Part shown: positions 48,935-58,650 of the stretch, in pieces
How positions within the stretch are numbered: the stretch's first letter is position 1
Layout of the letters: every line of letters begins with the position of its first letter
Assembly: GCA_002504905.1 (NCBI GenBank)
Contig: DATY01000029.1
Span: forward strand, 78,306 to 142,305
Direction: 5' to 3'
Length of the DNA: 64,000 bases
Origin: Euryarchaeota archaeon UBA605
GTDB lineage: Archaea; Thermoplasmatota; Poseidoniia; Poseidoniales; Thalassarchaeaceae
Program-made: the position numbers and the translations under genes
The notes under the pieces: generated by a model
What the model was told of the DNA's origin: nothing
Databases searched by the model: none
The model's input: the letters and a program-made list of their open reading frames with translations, nothing else

Positions 48935-50152
48935 ATGACTGCGTTGAGAACGGTTATTGTTGGGTTGATGACGACTTTAGTATTCGCATCACCTATTGTT
49001 GGTGCGGAATCAGCAGTAGAGCTTGATTCAGTTATTCATCTAAGTGAGGCCGATTTATCGATAAAAGGGATTGCAGAAAATCCAGAAGAAACAAAAATTC
49101 TAGTCTATGCTGAAGGAGGTTATGCCAGTATTATCTCATCAAAGAATCCTGGAAATGAACAAGTATTACTCGCTGCAAGTGACAATCAAACAATGAGGGA
49201 TGCTGATTGGCATCCAGGCGGAGGAACTGCATTTTTAGTTGGAGACGAAGGGATGATTCTTCGATATGCAGCAGATGATTTTTCCTTAACACAAGCCGGA
49301 GAAAAAATGAACTTCGGACAAACAGATTTAAATTCAGTTGCATGGAATACTGCCGGTTCATGGGCCTATGTTGGAGGTGATGATGGATGGTTATGGAGAA
49401 TTCGAGCAGAAGGTGATGGTGGACTTGATACTCATCTAATTGAAGGACGTGGAGAGGGAGACATATCAGATATTGATTGCCACGATGATATCATGCTTTG
49501 CGTGGTATCTTCAGTAACGGATGGAATTGGGATAATAGATAGAAATCATGTTCTCACTTGGATTGGAGGGAGTTTCTATCCATGGACAAGTGTCATTTGC
49601 CCTTCAAACTATTACTTATCTTGTGTATCAGTTTCCAGTAGTCAAGAAATGGGTTTAATTCAATTACATTCAACAAATGCTGTAGAAAGTCAATTATCAG
49701 TTAGCACTGTTAAAGGAGTTGAAGGGCAATTTACACATCTTAGTCATCAAGATGATGCTAGATCACTAATCGTAGTAGCACCATTTGCATTACTTGAGCA
49801 CGATGTTAGTAAAAATGCAACATTCCCATGGTTAGAAAATGGAGATGCACAAAAATTTGATATTGAAATTTCTGGTGAAAGAATAATTGGAACTTGGAAC
49901 TCTGGAGAAGATAGTGGATGGCTAATTACAAGTCGTGGCACTGTGATTGAGTTTCACTCTACAGAGAAAGGAAGTGAAATTGGAGTAATACTTGGAGGCA
50001 TTGTGGGCTTCTTAATTCCATTAACTATCGGATTGTTGATACTAACTTTAGTCTACACCGCTTCCCCCAGACTACAATATTGGATGACAATGAAGTTCGG
50101 AAATAAACAAGAAAAAAGAGATGCGAAGAGAAGAGGGAAAGGAAAAAGATAG
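48935..50152 (+). CDS. secreted beta-propeller-like protein (BNR/Ycf48-like repeats) with C-terminal TM anchor
   Basis: Signal peptide; repeats such as LVGDEGMILRY and YVGGDDGWLWRI; C-terminal VILGGIVGFLIPLTIGLLILTLV plus a basic tail. Confidence 0.45.
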   Translation: MTALRTVIVGLMTTLVFASPIVGAESAVELDSVIHLSEADLSIKGIAENPEETKILVYAEGGYASIISSKNPGNEQVLLAASDNQTMRDADWHPGGGTAFLVGDEGMILRYAADDFSLTQAGEKMNFGQTDLNSVAWNTAGSWAYVGGDDGWLWRIRAEGDGGLDTHLIEGRGEGDISDIDCHDDIMLCVVSSVTDGIGIIDRNHVLTWIGGSFYPWTSVICPSNYYLSCVSVSSSQEMGLIQLHSTNAVESQLSVSTVKGVEGQFTHLSHQDDARSLIVVAPFALLEHDVSKNATFPWLENGDAQKFDIEISGERIIGTWNSGEDSGWLITSRGTVIEFHSTEKGSEIGVILGGIVGFLIPLTIGLLILTLVYTASPRLQYWMTMKFGNKQEKRDAKRRGKGKR

Positions 50153-50211
50153 GGTTAGATTTTGACTAGTCCAATCAGGAACATTCATGTGGCCTCTATT
50201 ATCGCCCGCAA

Positions 50212-51393
50212 ATGAGAATTATGGCATATGAGGCTCTAGACTTCTACGATGTTGACTCGTTATTGACTGAAGAAGAAAGAATGGTTCGAGACATGGTACG
50301 CGATTGGGTAGATGAAGAAGTCATTCCAAACATCGAAATTGCTTGTAGAGATGGAGTATTTCCAGATGAGTGGAGAGTTGCTTTAGGAGAAATGGGAGTA
50401 CTTGGTGCGCCCCTAAAAGGTTATGATTGCCCAGGACTTTCATATACCGCTTATGGTGTTATTTGCAGAGAATTAGAAAGAGGCGATAGTGGTCTTAGAT
50501 CTTTTGCTAGTGTCCAAGGTTCTCTTGCAATGTATCCAATATGGGATTTCGGTAGCGAAGAACAAAAAAATCACTATTTACCTAAAATGGCAAGTGGAGA
50601 ATGGATTGGCTGTTTTGGACTGACAGAACCAGATTATGGATCTAATCCTGGTGATATGATTACCAAAGCAGAAGATATGGGAGACCATTATCTTCTAAAT
50701 GGCGCGAAAATGTGGATAACTAATGGTTCAATTGCAGAACTTGCAATAGTTTGGGCGAAATTGGATGGAGTTATTCGAGGATTTATTGTTGAAAAGAATG
50801 ATCCAGGTTTTTCTGCTCCTGAGATGAAAGGTAAACATTCTCTAAAAGCTAGCGTAACAAGTGAATTAGTATTCCAAGATTGTAAAATTCCAAAAGATAG
50901 AATGCTTCCAGGAGTAAAAGGATTGAGAGGTCCTTTTTCCTGTCTAAATAATGCAAGATTTGGAATTTCCTGGGGAGCACTGGGTTCTGCTCAAGCATGT
51001 TTTGATTCTGCTAAAGATTATGCTATGAGTAGAATCCAATTTAATCATCCGATCGCATCATATCAATTAGTACAGAATAAATTATCTTGGATGTTAAGAG
51101 AAATCACGAAAGGGCAATTGTTAGCATACCATTTAGGGCAAAAGAAAGATGCTGGAACTTGGATTCCAGAGCATATTTCGCTGGCTAAAATGAATAATGT
51201 CGATATCGCTCTTGAAATTGCGAGAGTCGCAAGAGACATCCACGGAGCTAATGGAATATTAGATGAATATCCTATTATGAGGCATATGGCAAATTTAGAA
51301 TCAGTAAAAACATATGAAGGTACTCATGATATCCACAATCTAATTATTGGTAGACACATTACTGGAATCCAAGCATTTACCAGAGAAGCTTGA
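50212..51393 (+). CDS. glutaryl-CoA dehydrogenase-like acyl-CoA dehydrogenase
   Basis: LDFYDVDSLLTEEERMVRD N-terminus is typical of GCDH; ACAD core motifs present. Confidence 0.7.
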   Translation: MRIMAYEALDFYDVDSLLTEEERMVRDMVRDWVDEEVIPNIEIACRDGVFPDEWRVALGEMGVLGAPLKGYDCPGLSYTAYGVICRELERGDSGLRSFASVQGSLAMYPIWDFGSEEQKNHYLPKMASGEWIGCFGLTEPDYGSNPGDMITKAEDMGDHYLLNGAKMWITNGSIAELAIVWAKLDGVIRGFIVEKNDPGFSAPEMKGKHSLKASVTSELVFQDCKIPKDRMLPGVKGLRGPFSCLNNARFGISWGALGSAQACFDSAKDYAMSRIQFNHPIASYQLVQNKLSWMLREITKGQLLAYHLGQKKDAGTWIPEHISLAKMNNVDIALEIARVARDIHGANGILDEYPIMRHMANLESVKTYEGTHDIHNLIIGRHITGIQAFTREA

Positions 51394-51432
51394 AACATAC
51401 TATAAAATTGATAAAAAAAAAGAGGGGAAAAA

Positions 51433-52188
51433 ATGAACATAACTGTACTGCTAAAACAAGTCCCAGACACAACAGCAAAAATTACTATCTCAAATGGGAA
51501 AGTTGATGAGAACTCAGTAAGTAAGTGGTCAATGAGTCCTTACGATGAGTATGCTCTAGAATCCGGACTTCAATTAAAAGAAGCAACTGGAGGGAATCTT
51601 GTAGCGATAACTTGCGGCCCTGAAAGAACAAAAAAAATGCTCACCGATGCCGCTGCTGTTGGTGCTGATACTCTTGTTCATATCTCAGATGACGGAGTCA
51701 CCGATAGTACTCATGTCCAACAATTACTAGCAGCTGCTGTAAAAAAATATGACTCTCATGTAGTGTTATGCGGCAAACAAGCAGCAGATACCAACGCTGG
51801 TTCAACTGGACCGGGGGTTGCTGAATTAATTGATGCTGCATGCATTACTTTGGTTTCAGAAGTAAATCATTCTGAAGGTAATTTTTTGACAATTAGGCCA
51901 AGTAATTCAGGAACAGAGAAAGTAATGGTTTCCGGGCTCAGTGTTTTCGCATTTGATAAAGGTACATCAGAACTTAGGCGGCCTAATGTTAGAGGAATAA
52001 TGATGGCTAAAAAGAAGCCTATTGAGGCAATATCATCTAGCGATTTGGGAGTCAATTTAAGTTCTTCAAATGTAAAGTTGAATTCTCAAAACCCTCCTCC
52101 GGAAAAGCCCGCAGGGCAGAAATTTGAAGGAGCAGAGCATATCAATGAAGTAGTATCAAAATTAAGAAACGAGGCAAATGTAATTTGA
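51433..52188 (+). CDS. etfB: electron transfer flavoprotein beta subunit
   Basis: MNITVLLKQVPDTTAKI...SPYDEYALE. Confidence 0.85.
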   Translation: MNITVLLKQVPDTTAKITISNGKVDENSVSKWSMSPYDEYALESGLQLKEATGGNLVAITCGPERTKKMLTDAAAVGADTLVHISDDGVTDSTHVQQLLAAAVKKYDSHVVLCGKQAADTNAGSTGPGVAELIDAACITLVSEVNHSEGNFLTIRPSNSGTEKVMVSGLSVFAFDKGTSELRRPNVRGIMMAKKKPIEAISSSDLGVNLSSSNVKLNSQNPPPEKPAGQKFEGAEHINEVVSKLRNEANVI

Positions 52189-52197
52189 GGTGGAAAA

Positions 52198-53115
52198 ATG
52201 AACTTTACAATAATAGCAGAAACTAATGGTGATGCACTTCACCCAACTACATACCAACTTGTAAGAGCAGCGGCTAATATGGGCTCTAATTCAACTGTAA
52301 TTTGTCCAAATGGAATTGGAGCTGATGAAGCAGCAAAAATTAATGGAGTAGACAAAGTAATTTCAGCAACTGGAGATTGCTTCAATATCTTTGATGGTGG
52401 AGCATGGGCATCCGCTATATCTCCAATTTGTGGAGATATAACCTTAATCTCTGCATCACCTAATGGTAGAGAGATAGGTTCTAGAATTGCAGCGATAAAA
52501 GATATACCAATTATACAAGATATAGTGTCAATGACTGAAGGAGTTACGGTTACTAGGCCAATTTATTCAGGTAAAGCTATGGAATCATTGACAATTTCTG
52601 GGAATGCTGTAATCACATTAAGACCAAATGCCTTTGAAGCAGCGTTGACGGGAAATGATGCCCCAATAAGTGTCGTAAATCAATCAGCAGACGTAAAGAT
52701 TGCAATTCAAGAAGCGATCGATAAAGCAAGTGAGAGATTAGATGTTACTGAGGCAGATATTATTATTTCAGGAGGAAGAGGGATGGGCACAATTGATAAT
52801 TTCTCTCATCTGGAAGAAATTGCAGATACAATTGGAGCAGCAGTTGGAGCAAGTAGAGCGGTAGTTGATGAATGGGGTATGCCTCACAGAATGCAAGTTG
52901 GACAGACCGGAAAAACAGTAACTCCATCGCTTTATATCGCTGTAGGAATTTCTGGAGCTATACAACATCTAGCAGGAATGAGATCTAGCAAATATATTTT
53001 GGCTATAAATAAAGATCCTGATGCACCAATTTTTGCTGTTGCAGATTACGGTGTAGTTGCAACATGGGAAGAGGCAATCCCTGCACTAAAAACCGCTCTT
53101 TCAGAGTTACAGTAA
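52198..53115 (+). CDS. etfA: electron transfer flavoprotein alpha subunit
   Basis: IISGGRGMG ... PSLYIAVGISGAIQHLAGM...ILAINKDPDAPIF. Confidence 0.85.
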   Translation: MNFTIIAETNGDALHPTTYQLVRAAANMGSNSTVICPNGIGADEAAKINGVDKVISATGDCFNIFDGGAWASAISPICGDITLISASPNGREIGSRIAAIKDIPIIQDIVSMTEGVTVTRPIYSGKAMESLTISGNAVITLRPNAFEAALTGNDAPISVVNQSADVKIAIQEAIDKASERLDVTEADIIISGGRGMGTIDNFSHLEEIADTIGAAVGASRAVVDEWGMPHRMQVGQTGKTVTPSLYIAVGISGAIQHLAGMRSSKYILAINKDPDAPIFAVADYGVVATWEEAIPALKTALSELQ

Positions 53116-53160
53116 TAATTTGTTGCAATGCGTTAAATTAAGATACCGCTTCGAAAGGTC

Positions 53161-53799
53161 ATGGAATCTAATGTATTCGAAGATGGAACAGTCCGATTGG
53201 TTGTTGCTTCGGCAATGATTCTTGGAATATTAATTGGGTTAAGTCTCGCAGATATTGTTTTTGATGATTATCAAACAGGCTTGGCAGATAAAGATGGAGA
53301 CAATGTTCCAGATATCTCTGATTTAGAACCTAATGGGGATGCTGGAATCAGATTCACATTAGTAGAAATCATTCATCAGGAATTAGAATCGGATGCCAAT
53401 ATCACACTAGTATTGGGTTACAATGACAATGGAGACAGTGAAGGGAAGTTAAATGGGCAAGTCTGTGTTCTAAATCTCACAATTAAAGAGAATACAACTG
53501 TCACTAGACCATCACATAATTGTATTTTTCAAGTAGCAGATTATGCGCTAAGATCTGTGTCATTTGAATACAGAATGTTCGAAGAGAAAATAATTAACCA
53601 TGAAATAATTAGAGAAAATTGGGATATTTTCGCTGGAAATGATAATGAAAACCCGTGGGGAACGAATACTACTGTAGATCCAGCATTTCTATCAGTAGGA
53701 AGTACAATATTGTTGGACGGAATGTCGGATAGTGACGAATGGGAGAAGAATGCTAGAGTTATTTGGTATACTAATAGTGTTGAAATTTTCGCAGATTAA
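53161..53799 (+). CDS. hypothetical signal-anchored extracellular protein
   Basis: N-terminal hydrophobic segment; Asp-rich. Confidence 0.4.
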   Translation: MESNVFEDGTVRLVVASAMILGILIGLSLADIVFDDYQTGLADKDGDNVPDISDLEPNGDAGIRFTLVEIIHQELESDANITLVLGYNDNGDSEGKLNGQVCVLNLTIKENTTVTRPSHNCIFQVADYALRSVSFEYRMFEEKIINHEIIRENWDIFAGNDNENPWGTNTTVDPAFLSVGSTILLDGMSDSDEWEKNARVIWYTNSVEIFAD

Positions 53800-55280
53800 A
53801 TAACCTGAATTGTTAAACTTGCCTTGGATGAAGCGCCTCTATCATCCACAACGGTGAGATAAAAAATATGTACGCCTGTTGATAATTTCACATTTACTAG
53901 AGAATTATTTGAAATGACTTTACCTGAATCATTCTCCCATGACCAACTCTTAATGGTTCCATCAGGATCATAGGATTTACTACCATCAAGTAAGACCATG
54001 GTTGTACCATCTGAATCAGAATTTACAGTTTTATCTTCACCTACATCAACAACTGGAGGTAAATTTAGTGATTTAGCCGATTGTGATAAATCTTCTAATA
54101 TATCGACCTCAATAATTGGAGGAGAGGTTTCAATCTCTAATTCTTCATCTAATGCTTCAAGAATTTCTGATGAGTTTGACGGTAATAATGGTTTCATGTA
54201 TGATGCTTGTTCTTCTTCTGGCGATAAGGCTCCAGAATATTTAGAATCGAAACTTTCTTCTTTGAAATCATAATCATCAGAAATAATCTTAGAATCCGGA
54301 TCTATTATGAAGATAGGGGTAGGAATATCCATCTTCTTATCATCACCCAAAATACCAACTCTAGAATCTCCCATTGATACTATATTCTCTACTATTCCAA
54401 TATGTTCAACTCTCCAAATTATTTTTCCTTGCATATCTAATCTGTAAATGTCAAACCAAGATGCTACGAGTATATCTTGTTTCCAAGGAAAAATCTGCTT
54501 AATTGAATAGTCAAACTTACATAAATGATTATATCTCTTAGATTTAATTTCTAGTTCTAACAGTTCCCCATTAAAGCAGCCCAAGATTACTCCTTTCTCC
54601 GTAGAATTAATACAATTAACCAAACTTTCCACTTCACAACTGTGTATCATCCCTTTCTTAACACTCCAACACTCTATTCTATTTTCAGGCCGATCATCAA
54701 TGGTCATTCCGAGCGAATTACGTGCAACAACGAGAATTTCTCCAGGTCGAAATATCATAGCAGAAATAGTTTCAATGTCATCAACTGTAGCTACTGATTT
54801 TCTTATCTCTTCTCCGTAAGAATTTACCATTATGAAATCTCCGTTTTCTAGAGCAATTGCTGAGATATCTCCATTTTTATTACTACAAAGATGAGTTATC
54901 TGTCCAAACTCTCTTTCCCATAATAATTGTCCATCAGAATTAAATTTAAATAAATTACCGGAACTATCTGCAACTAAAAAATAAGAACCGGATAAAGAAA
55001 TTTTATCGCATCCAGATTCTAATTCATGTTTCCAAATTATTCCTTCGGAATATGCACATATACCAGATATACTAGAACCTACAATTAACTTATCTTCAAT
55101 TTCGAATAATCCGATAATTTCTCCTTCAAGATTAAATGATTCTTCGATAATCCCATTGGAAGAAAGAATACTTACGACACCTGTTTTACTACCTACAGCT
55201 AAATTCCCATCTGACATTTCAAAAGCAGCTGTAAGGATACCGCCAATTTCGACAGAATTGAGTATCTCAATGGAATCCAT
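53796..55280 (-). CDS. PQQ-like beta-propeller repeat protein with C-terminal PKD domain
   Basis: Repeated aromatic/Gly beta-strand units; C-terminal VDVGEDKTV...LDGSKSYDPDGTIKSWSW...TVVDDRGASS is PKD-like. Confidence 0.5.
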   Translation of the reverse strand: MDSIEILNSVEIGGILTAAFEMSDGNLAVGSKTGVVSILSSNGIIEESFNLEGEIIGLFEIEDKLIVGSSISGICAYSEGIIWKHELESGCDKISLSGSYFLVADSSGNLFKFNSDGQLLWEREFGQITHLCSNKNGDISAIALENGDFIMVNSYGEEIRKSVATVDDIETISAMIFRPGEILVVARNSLGMTIDDRPENRIECWSVKKGMIHSCEVESLVNCINSTEKGVILGCFNGELLELEIKSKRYNHLCKFDYSIKQIFPWKQDILVASWFDIYRLDMQGKIIWRVEHIGIVENIVSMGDSRVGILGDDKKMDIPTPIFIIDPDSKIISDDYDFKEESFDSKYSGALSPEEEQASYMKPLLPSNSSEILEALDEELEIETSPPIIEVDILEDLSQSAKSLNLPPVVDVGEDKTVNSDSDGTTMVLLDGSKSYDPDGTIKSWSWENDSGKVISNNSLVNVKLSTGVHIFYLTVVDDRGASSKASLTIQVI

Positions 55281-55326
55281 GAATATACTAGATGCCCGTT
55301 ACCTATCATTCTAACTGGGAAATGTG

Positions 55327-56829
55327 TTAAGCAGATGCTGATTTTTTCGCTTTGTCATTTCTTGATTGCTCGATCTTATTAAGATAATCTTCTGTAATTC
55401 CACCAGTCACATAAACCCCATCAAAACATGAACAATCGAATGTTGCAACATTATTTTTACCTGCACCTAAACAAGCCTCTACCAAATCATCTAGATCCTG
55501 ATATATCATCCAATCAGCACCTATAGCGGTACATATCTCGGAAATTTCCCTATTATATGCGACATATTCATTTTTCGCCGGCATATCAATTCCATATACA
55601 TTAGGATGTATTATCGGAGGTGCAGCAGACGCAAAGAAAACTTTCTTGGCACCTGCATTTCTAGCCATCTCAACTATTCTTTTCGAAGTATTTCCTCTAA
55701 CAATACTATCATCGACAATTAGGACAGTTTTTCCTGAAAACTCACTAGGAATTGTATTGAGTTTTTTGCGGACTGAATCTTTCCTAACAGACTGGCCAGG
55801 CATAATAAAAGTACGTCCAATATATCTATTTTTTACAAAACCTTCACGGTAAGGAACTCCTAACTCTCTAGCTAATTCTAAGGCAGCTATGCAACCACTA
55901 TCTGGAACTGGAATTACAGCATCTATTCCATGTTGAGGATTCAGTTGTTCTATTCTACGGGCTAATGATGCACCCATTCGAAGACGAGCAGAATGAACAG
56001 ATATTCCGTCAATTATAGAATCAGGTCTTGCAAAGTAGACATGTTCGAAAATACATGGACGATATTGAGGCTCAGGATGACATTGGCGGGAATAGAAAGA
56101 ACCATCACACCTCACAACAATGGCTTCACCTGGCATTACGTCTCTTTCTAATTCAAAACCTAAAGCCATTAGTGCAGCACTTTCTGAAGAAAATGCTCTT
56201 TCAACAAATCCTTCAACATTTCTCACACCCATGCATAATGGCCTGATACCATTAGGGTCTCTGAAAGCAATTATACCCCAGCCAGTAATTGAAGAGACCA
56301 CACTGTAACTTCCCTCAGCCCTCATATGTGTCCTTTCAATGGCTCTAAAAACATCTTCATGATCTAAAGCATCCATCCCTCCAGGTCTTCCATTGAGTGA
56401 TCTTTGAACTTCAGCAGCTAGTAAATTTAGTAATGCTTCGGAATCAGAACTAGTATTAATTCTCCTATGATCATATTCTAACAAGCTAGAAAGTATTTCT
56501 TCAGTATTATTGAGATTGCCGTTGTGAGCCAAACTAACGCCAAATGGTGTATTTGTGTAAAATGGTTGAGCCTCAGCCACAGACGAACTACCAGCTGTTG
56601 GATATCGTACATGACCAATGCCTGCAGAACCCTTTAGAGATTTCATATGTCTCTCTTTGAAAATATCTCTAACGTACCCATTCGCTCTTCTATGATATAA
56701 ATTCTCATTATCGAAGGTAACAATTCCTGCAGCATCTTGGCCGCGATGCTGCAGAACTAATAACCCATCATAAATATCCGAAGCAACTGAATATTCTGGA
56801 TTCCCAACAATCCCAATAATTCCGCACAT
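55327..56829 (-). CDS. purF: amidophosphoribosyltransferase
   Basis: N-terminal MCGIIGIVG (Ntn Cys) and a C-terminal PRTase domain. Confidence 0.9.
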   Translation of the reverse strand: MCGIIGIVGNPEYSVASDIYDGLLVLQHRGQDAAGIVTFDNENLYHRRANGYVRDIFKERHMKSLKGSAGIGHVRYPTAGSSSVAEAQPFYTNTPFGVSLAHNGNLNNTEEILSSLLEYDHRRINTSSDSEALLNLLAAEVQRSLNGRPGGMDALDHEDVFRAIERTHMRAEGSYSVVSSITGWGIIAFRDPNGIRPLCMGVRNVEGFVERAFSSESAALMALGFELERDVMPGEAIVVRCDGSFYSRQCHPEPQYRPCIFEHVYFARPDSIIDGISVHSARLRMGASLARRIEQLNPQHGIDAVIPVPDSGCIAALELARELGVPYREGFVKNRYIGRTFIMPGQSVRKDSVRKKLNTIPSEFSGKTVLIVDDSIVRGNTSKRIVEMARNAGAKKVFFASAAPPIIHPNVYGIDMPAKNEYVAYNREISEICTAIGADWMIYQDLDDLVEACLGAGKNNVATFDCSCFDGVYVTGGITEDYLNKIEQSRNDKAKKSASA

Positions 56830-56886
56830 AAGAACAAACCTCGCTAAGTTGTAAGGGTCTTAGCACTTTGCTATTTGGAACTTGGT

Positions 56887-57069
56887 TTATTTGCTACCCA
56901 TGGAACGATTTCTTTTACTCCATTGGTACTTGCGCATGCGTGAACTTGCTCCATATCCGCAGGATGAACATACGCCTTTTTGTTTGTGATAAGAATGACG
57001 GCCACATCGACGACAACGAATGTGAGTCGACTTTTGTCTCTTACCCATGCTTGGAGTACCTTTGGACAT
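56887..57069 (-). CDS. rpl37e: ribosomal protein L37e
   Basis: [37 protein letters not shown]. Confidence 0.85.
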   Translation of the reverse strand: MSKGTPSMGKRQKSTHIRCRRCGRHSYHKQKGVCSSCGYGASSRMRKYQWSKRNRSMGSK

Positions 57070-57153
57070 GATAACACCTATTTGATAGCGCGGCGACTTA
57101 CCGACTTGTTATGAGAGTTACCCTTGAGAGGATTAGTCAAATTACTGTAGTTT

Positions 57154-57495
57154 TTATTCAGTCGCATCTAGCAAATCATCGAATGGACGCTTTCTAAAAG
57201 AAGCTCTGAATAGGAAATAAATCATTAAAATATACAATAATGGAATTATTACAAGGAGCCCTAACATACCCTCTACCAAAGAAAAACGAATTGCATCTAC
57301 AATAGTTTCTACATCATCATTTAATGAACTCACAATCATTGCCGAAATGAATATCATCAAACTTTGAATTATTATGGGGATGGTTGGTTTACTGTAGGGA
57401 TGTAAAGAGAACAGTTGAAAAATAATTAGTGAAAAATTGACCAATATGAAACCTCCAAAAGTATAGAAAAGAATTTCTAATAATGTCGAGTTCAT
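57154..57495 (-). CDS. small integral membrane protein (hypothetical)
   Basis: Three TM segments; overlaps upstream gene by ATGA. Confidence 0.35.
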   Translation of the reverse strand: MNSTLLEILFYTFGGFILVNFSLIIFQLFSLHPYSKPTIPIIIQSLMIFISAMIVSSLNDDVETIVDAIRFSLVEGMLGLLVIIPLLYILMIYFLFRASFRKRPFDDLLDATE

Positions 57496-58028
57496 TTTTC
57501 ATCAACTCCGATATTAGCTGAAATAATTTTTTTGACAAATATTATTTCTTCTTCGGTCAAATCAGGTGCTGGATCTTCTAGAGGAATTCTATTTTCAACA
57601 AATCTAACCAATAATATGAAAAATAATAATGAAATTATTCCACCTAATGCTGAGAATATTGCCATTAAAATGAAATTATCTGGTAGTTCATAGTATTCTA
57701 GATTTAGGTAAAAAGAAATTAGAATAATTGACCACCCAATAATCAACTGCGGAGGATGGGATTTCCAATAAATTGGTGAACCTCTAAGAACAAGAAAACA
57801 TCCTATTGAACAAACAAAGAACCACGGTGCAAAACCGCGTAAGTATCCTAGTAATTCTTCCTCTGGATTTTCTACAGGAAAATTATTGAAAGCTAGTAGT
57901 GAGATTCCAGCCATTATAATAGGGACGGCAAATTTATTTCTGGAAAAGGAAGGACCCATTCTAGCGAATGTAATACCGACTAATAATAAGAAAAAGGCGA
58001 GCCAAATCATCATGGAGCCGAAAATCAC
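57492..58028 (-). CDS. integral membrane protein (hypothetical)
   Basis: About 5 TM segments. Confidence 0.35.
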   Translation of the reverse strand: MIFGSMMIWLAFFLLLVGITFARMGPSFSRNKFAVPIIMAGISLLAFNNFPVENPEEELLGYLRGFAPWFFVCSIGCFLVLRGSPIYWKSHPPQLIIGWSIILISFYLNLEYYELPDNFILMAIFSALGGIISLLFFILLVRFVENRIPLEDPAPDLTEEEIIFVKKIISANIGVDEK

Positions 58029-58171
58029 GTTATTGCCTAATAGTCTCTACTTCATCTATGTTTTTTAATTAAAATCACTAATTCATGGTTTTCATCGCCA
58101 AAGATTGCGCGACAGAGTTCATATACGGGTCGTCAGTCGCCCGCATCGTCGTAAGACGCTGAGGTGCTAAA

Positions 58172-58453
58172 ATGGTTAAGATGCCGCGTAAAGTTATGCG
58201 TTACAGCCCTTCAGCAGGTAAGCACACTGAACATACAGTGGAGCGAGTTAAAAAAAGACGAGCTAGTGAATTAAAATGGGGTCAGAGAAGGTTCCGTAAA
58301 GTTACTTCAGGATACAGAGGTTTTCCAAGACCTAAGCCATCCGGTGAGAAGCCAACTAAACGTGTTAACCTAGTTTTCAGATGTACTGAAACAGGTAAGG
58401 GCCATTCACCTGCTGGAAAGCGTGCTAAGAAATTCGAACTAATTGATAAATAA
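58172..58453 (+). CDS. rpl44e: ribosomal protein L44e (eL42), zinc-free variant
   Basis: VKMPRKVMRYSPSAGKHTEHTV...PTKRVNLVFRCTETGKGHS; three of the four usual Zn-ligand Cys are replaced; GAGGTG SD. Confidence 0.8.
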   Translation: MVKMPRKVMRYSPSAGKHTEHTVERVKKRRASELKWGQRRFRKVTSGYRGFPRPKPSGEKPTKRVNLVFRCTETGKGHSPAGKRAKKFELIDK

Positions 58454-58466
58454 TTGAGGGATAATA

Positions 58467-58637
58467 ATGAGTGGAAGATTCATACGTGTAAGTTGCACAG
58501 ATTGTGGACATGAGACCATTATATTTGACAGGGCGTCAACCTCAATCGCTTGTTCAATCTGCGGTTCAACATTAGCAATATCCGCAGGTGGAAAAGCTAC
58601 TCTCTCAGGAAGCACAATTGTAGACGTCCTCGAATGA
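58467..58637 (+). CDS. rps27e: ribosomal protein S27e, 56 aa; not in ORF track
   Basis: Hand translation MSGRFIRVSCTDCGHETIIFDRASTSIACSICGSTLAISAGGKATLSGSTIVDVLE with the C4 finger intact. Confidence 0.8.
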   Translation: MSGRFIRVSCTDCGHETIIFDRASTSIACSICGSTLAISAGGKATLSGSTIVDVLE

Positions 58638-58650
58638 AGGGGACAGAAAA

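Noticed and set aside
56871-57077. 68-aa ORF overlapping L37e in another frame
   Set aside because: L37e frame has the conserved C4 r-protein sequence; the other frame has no features.
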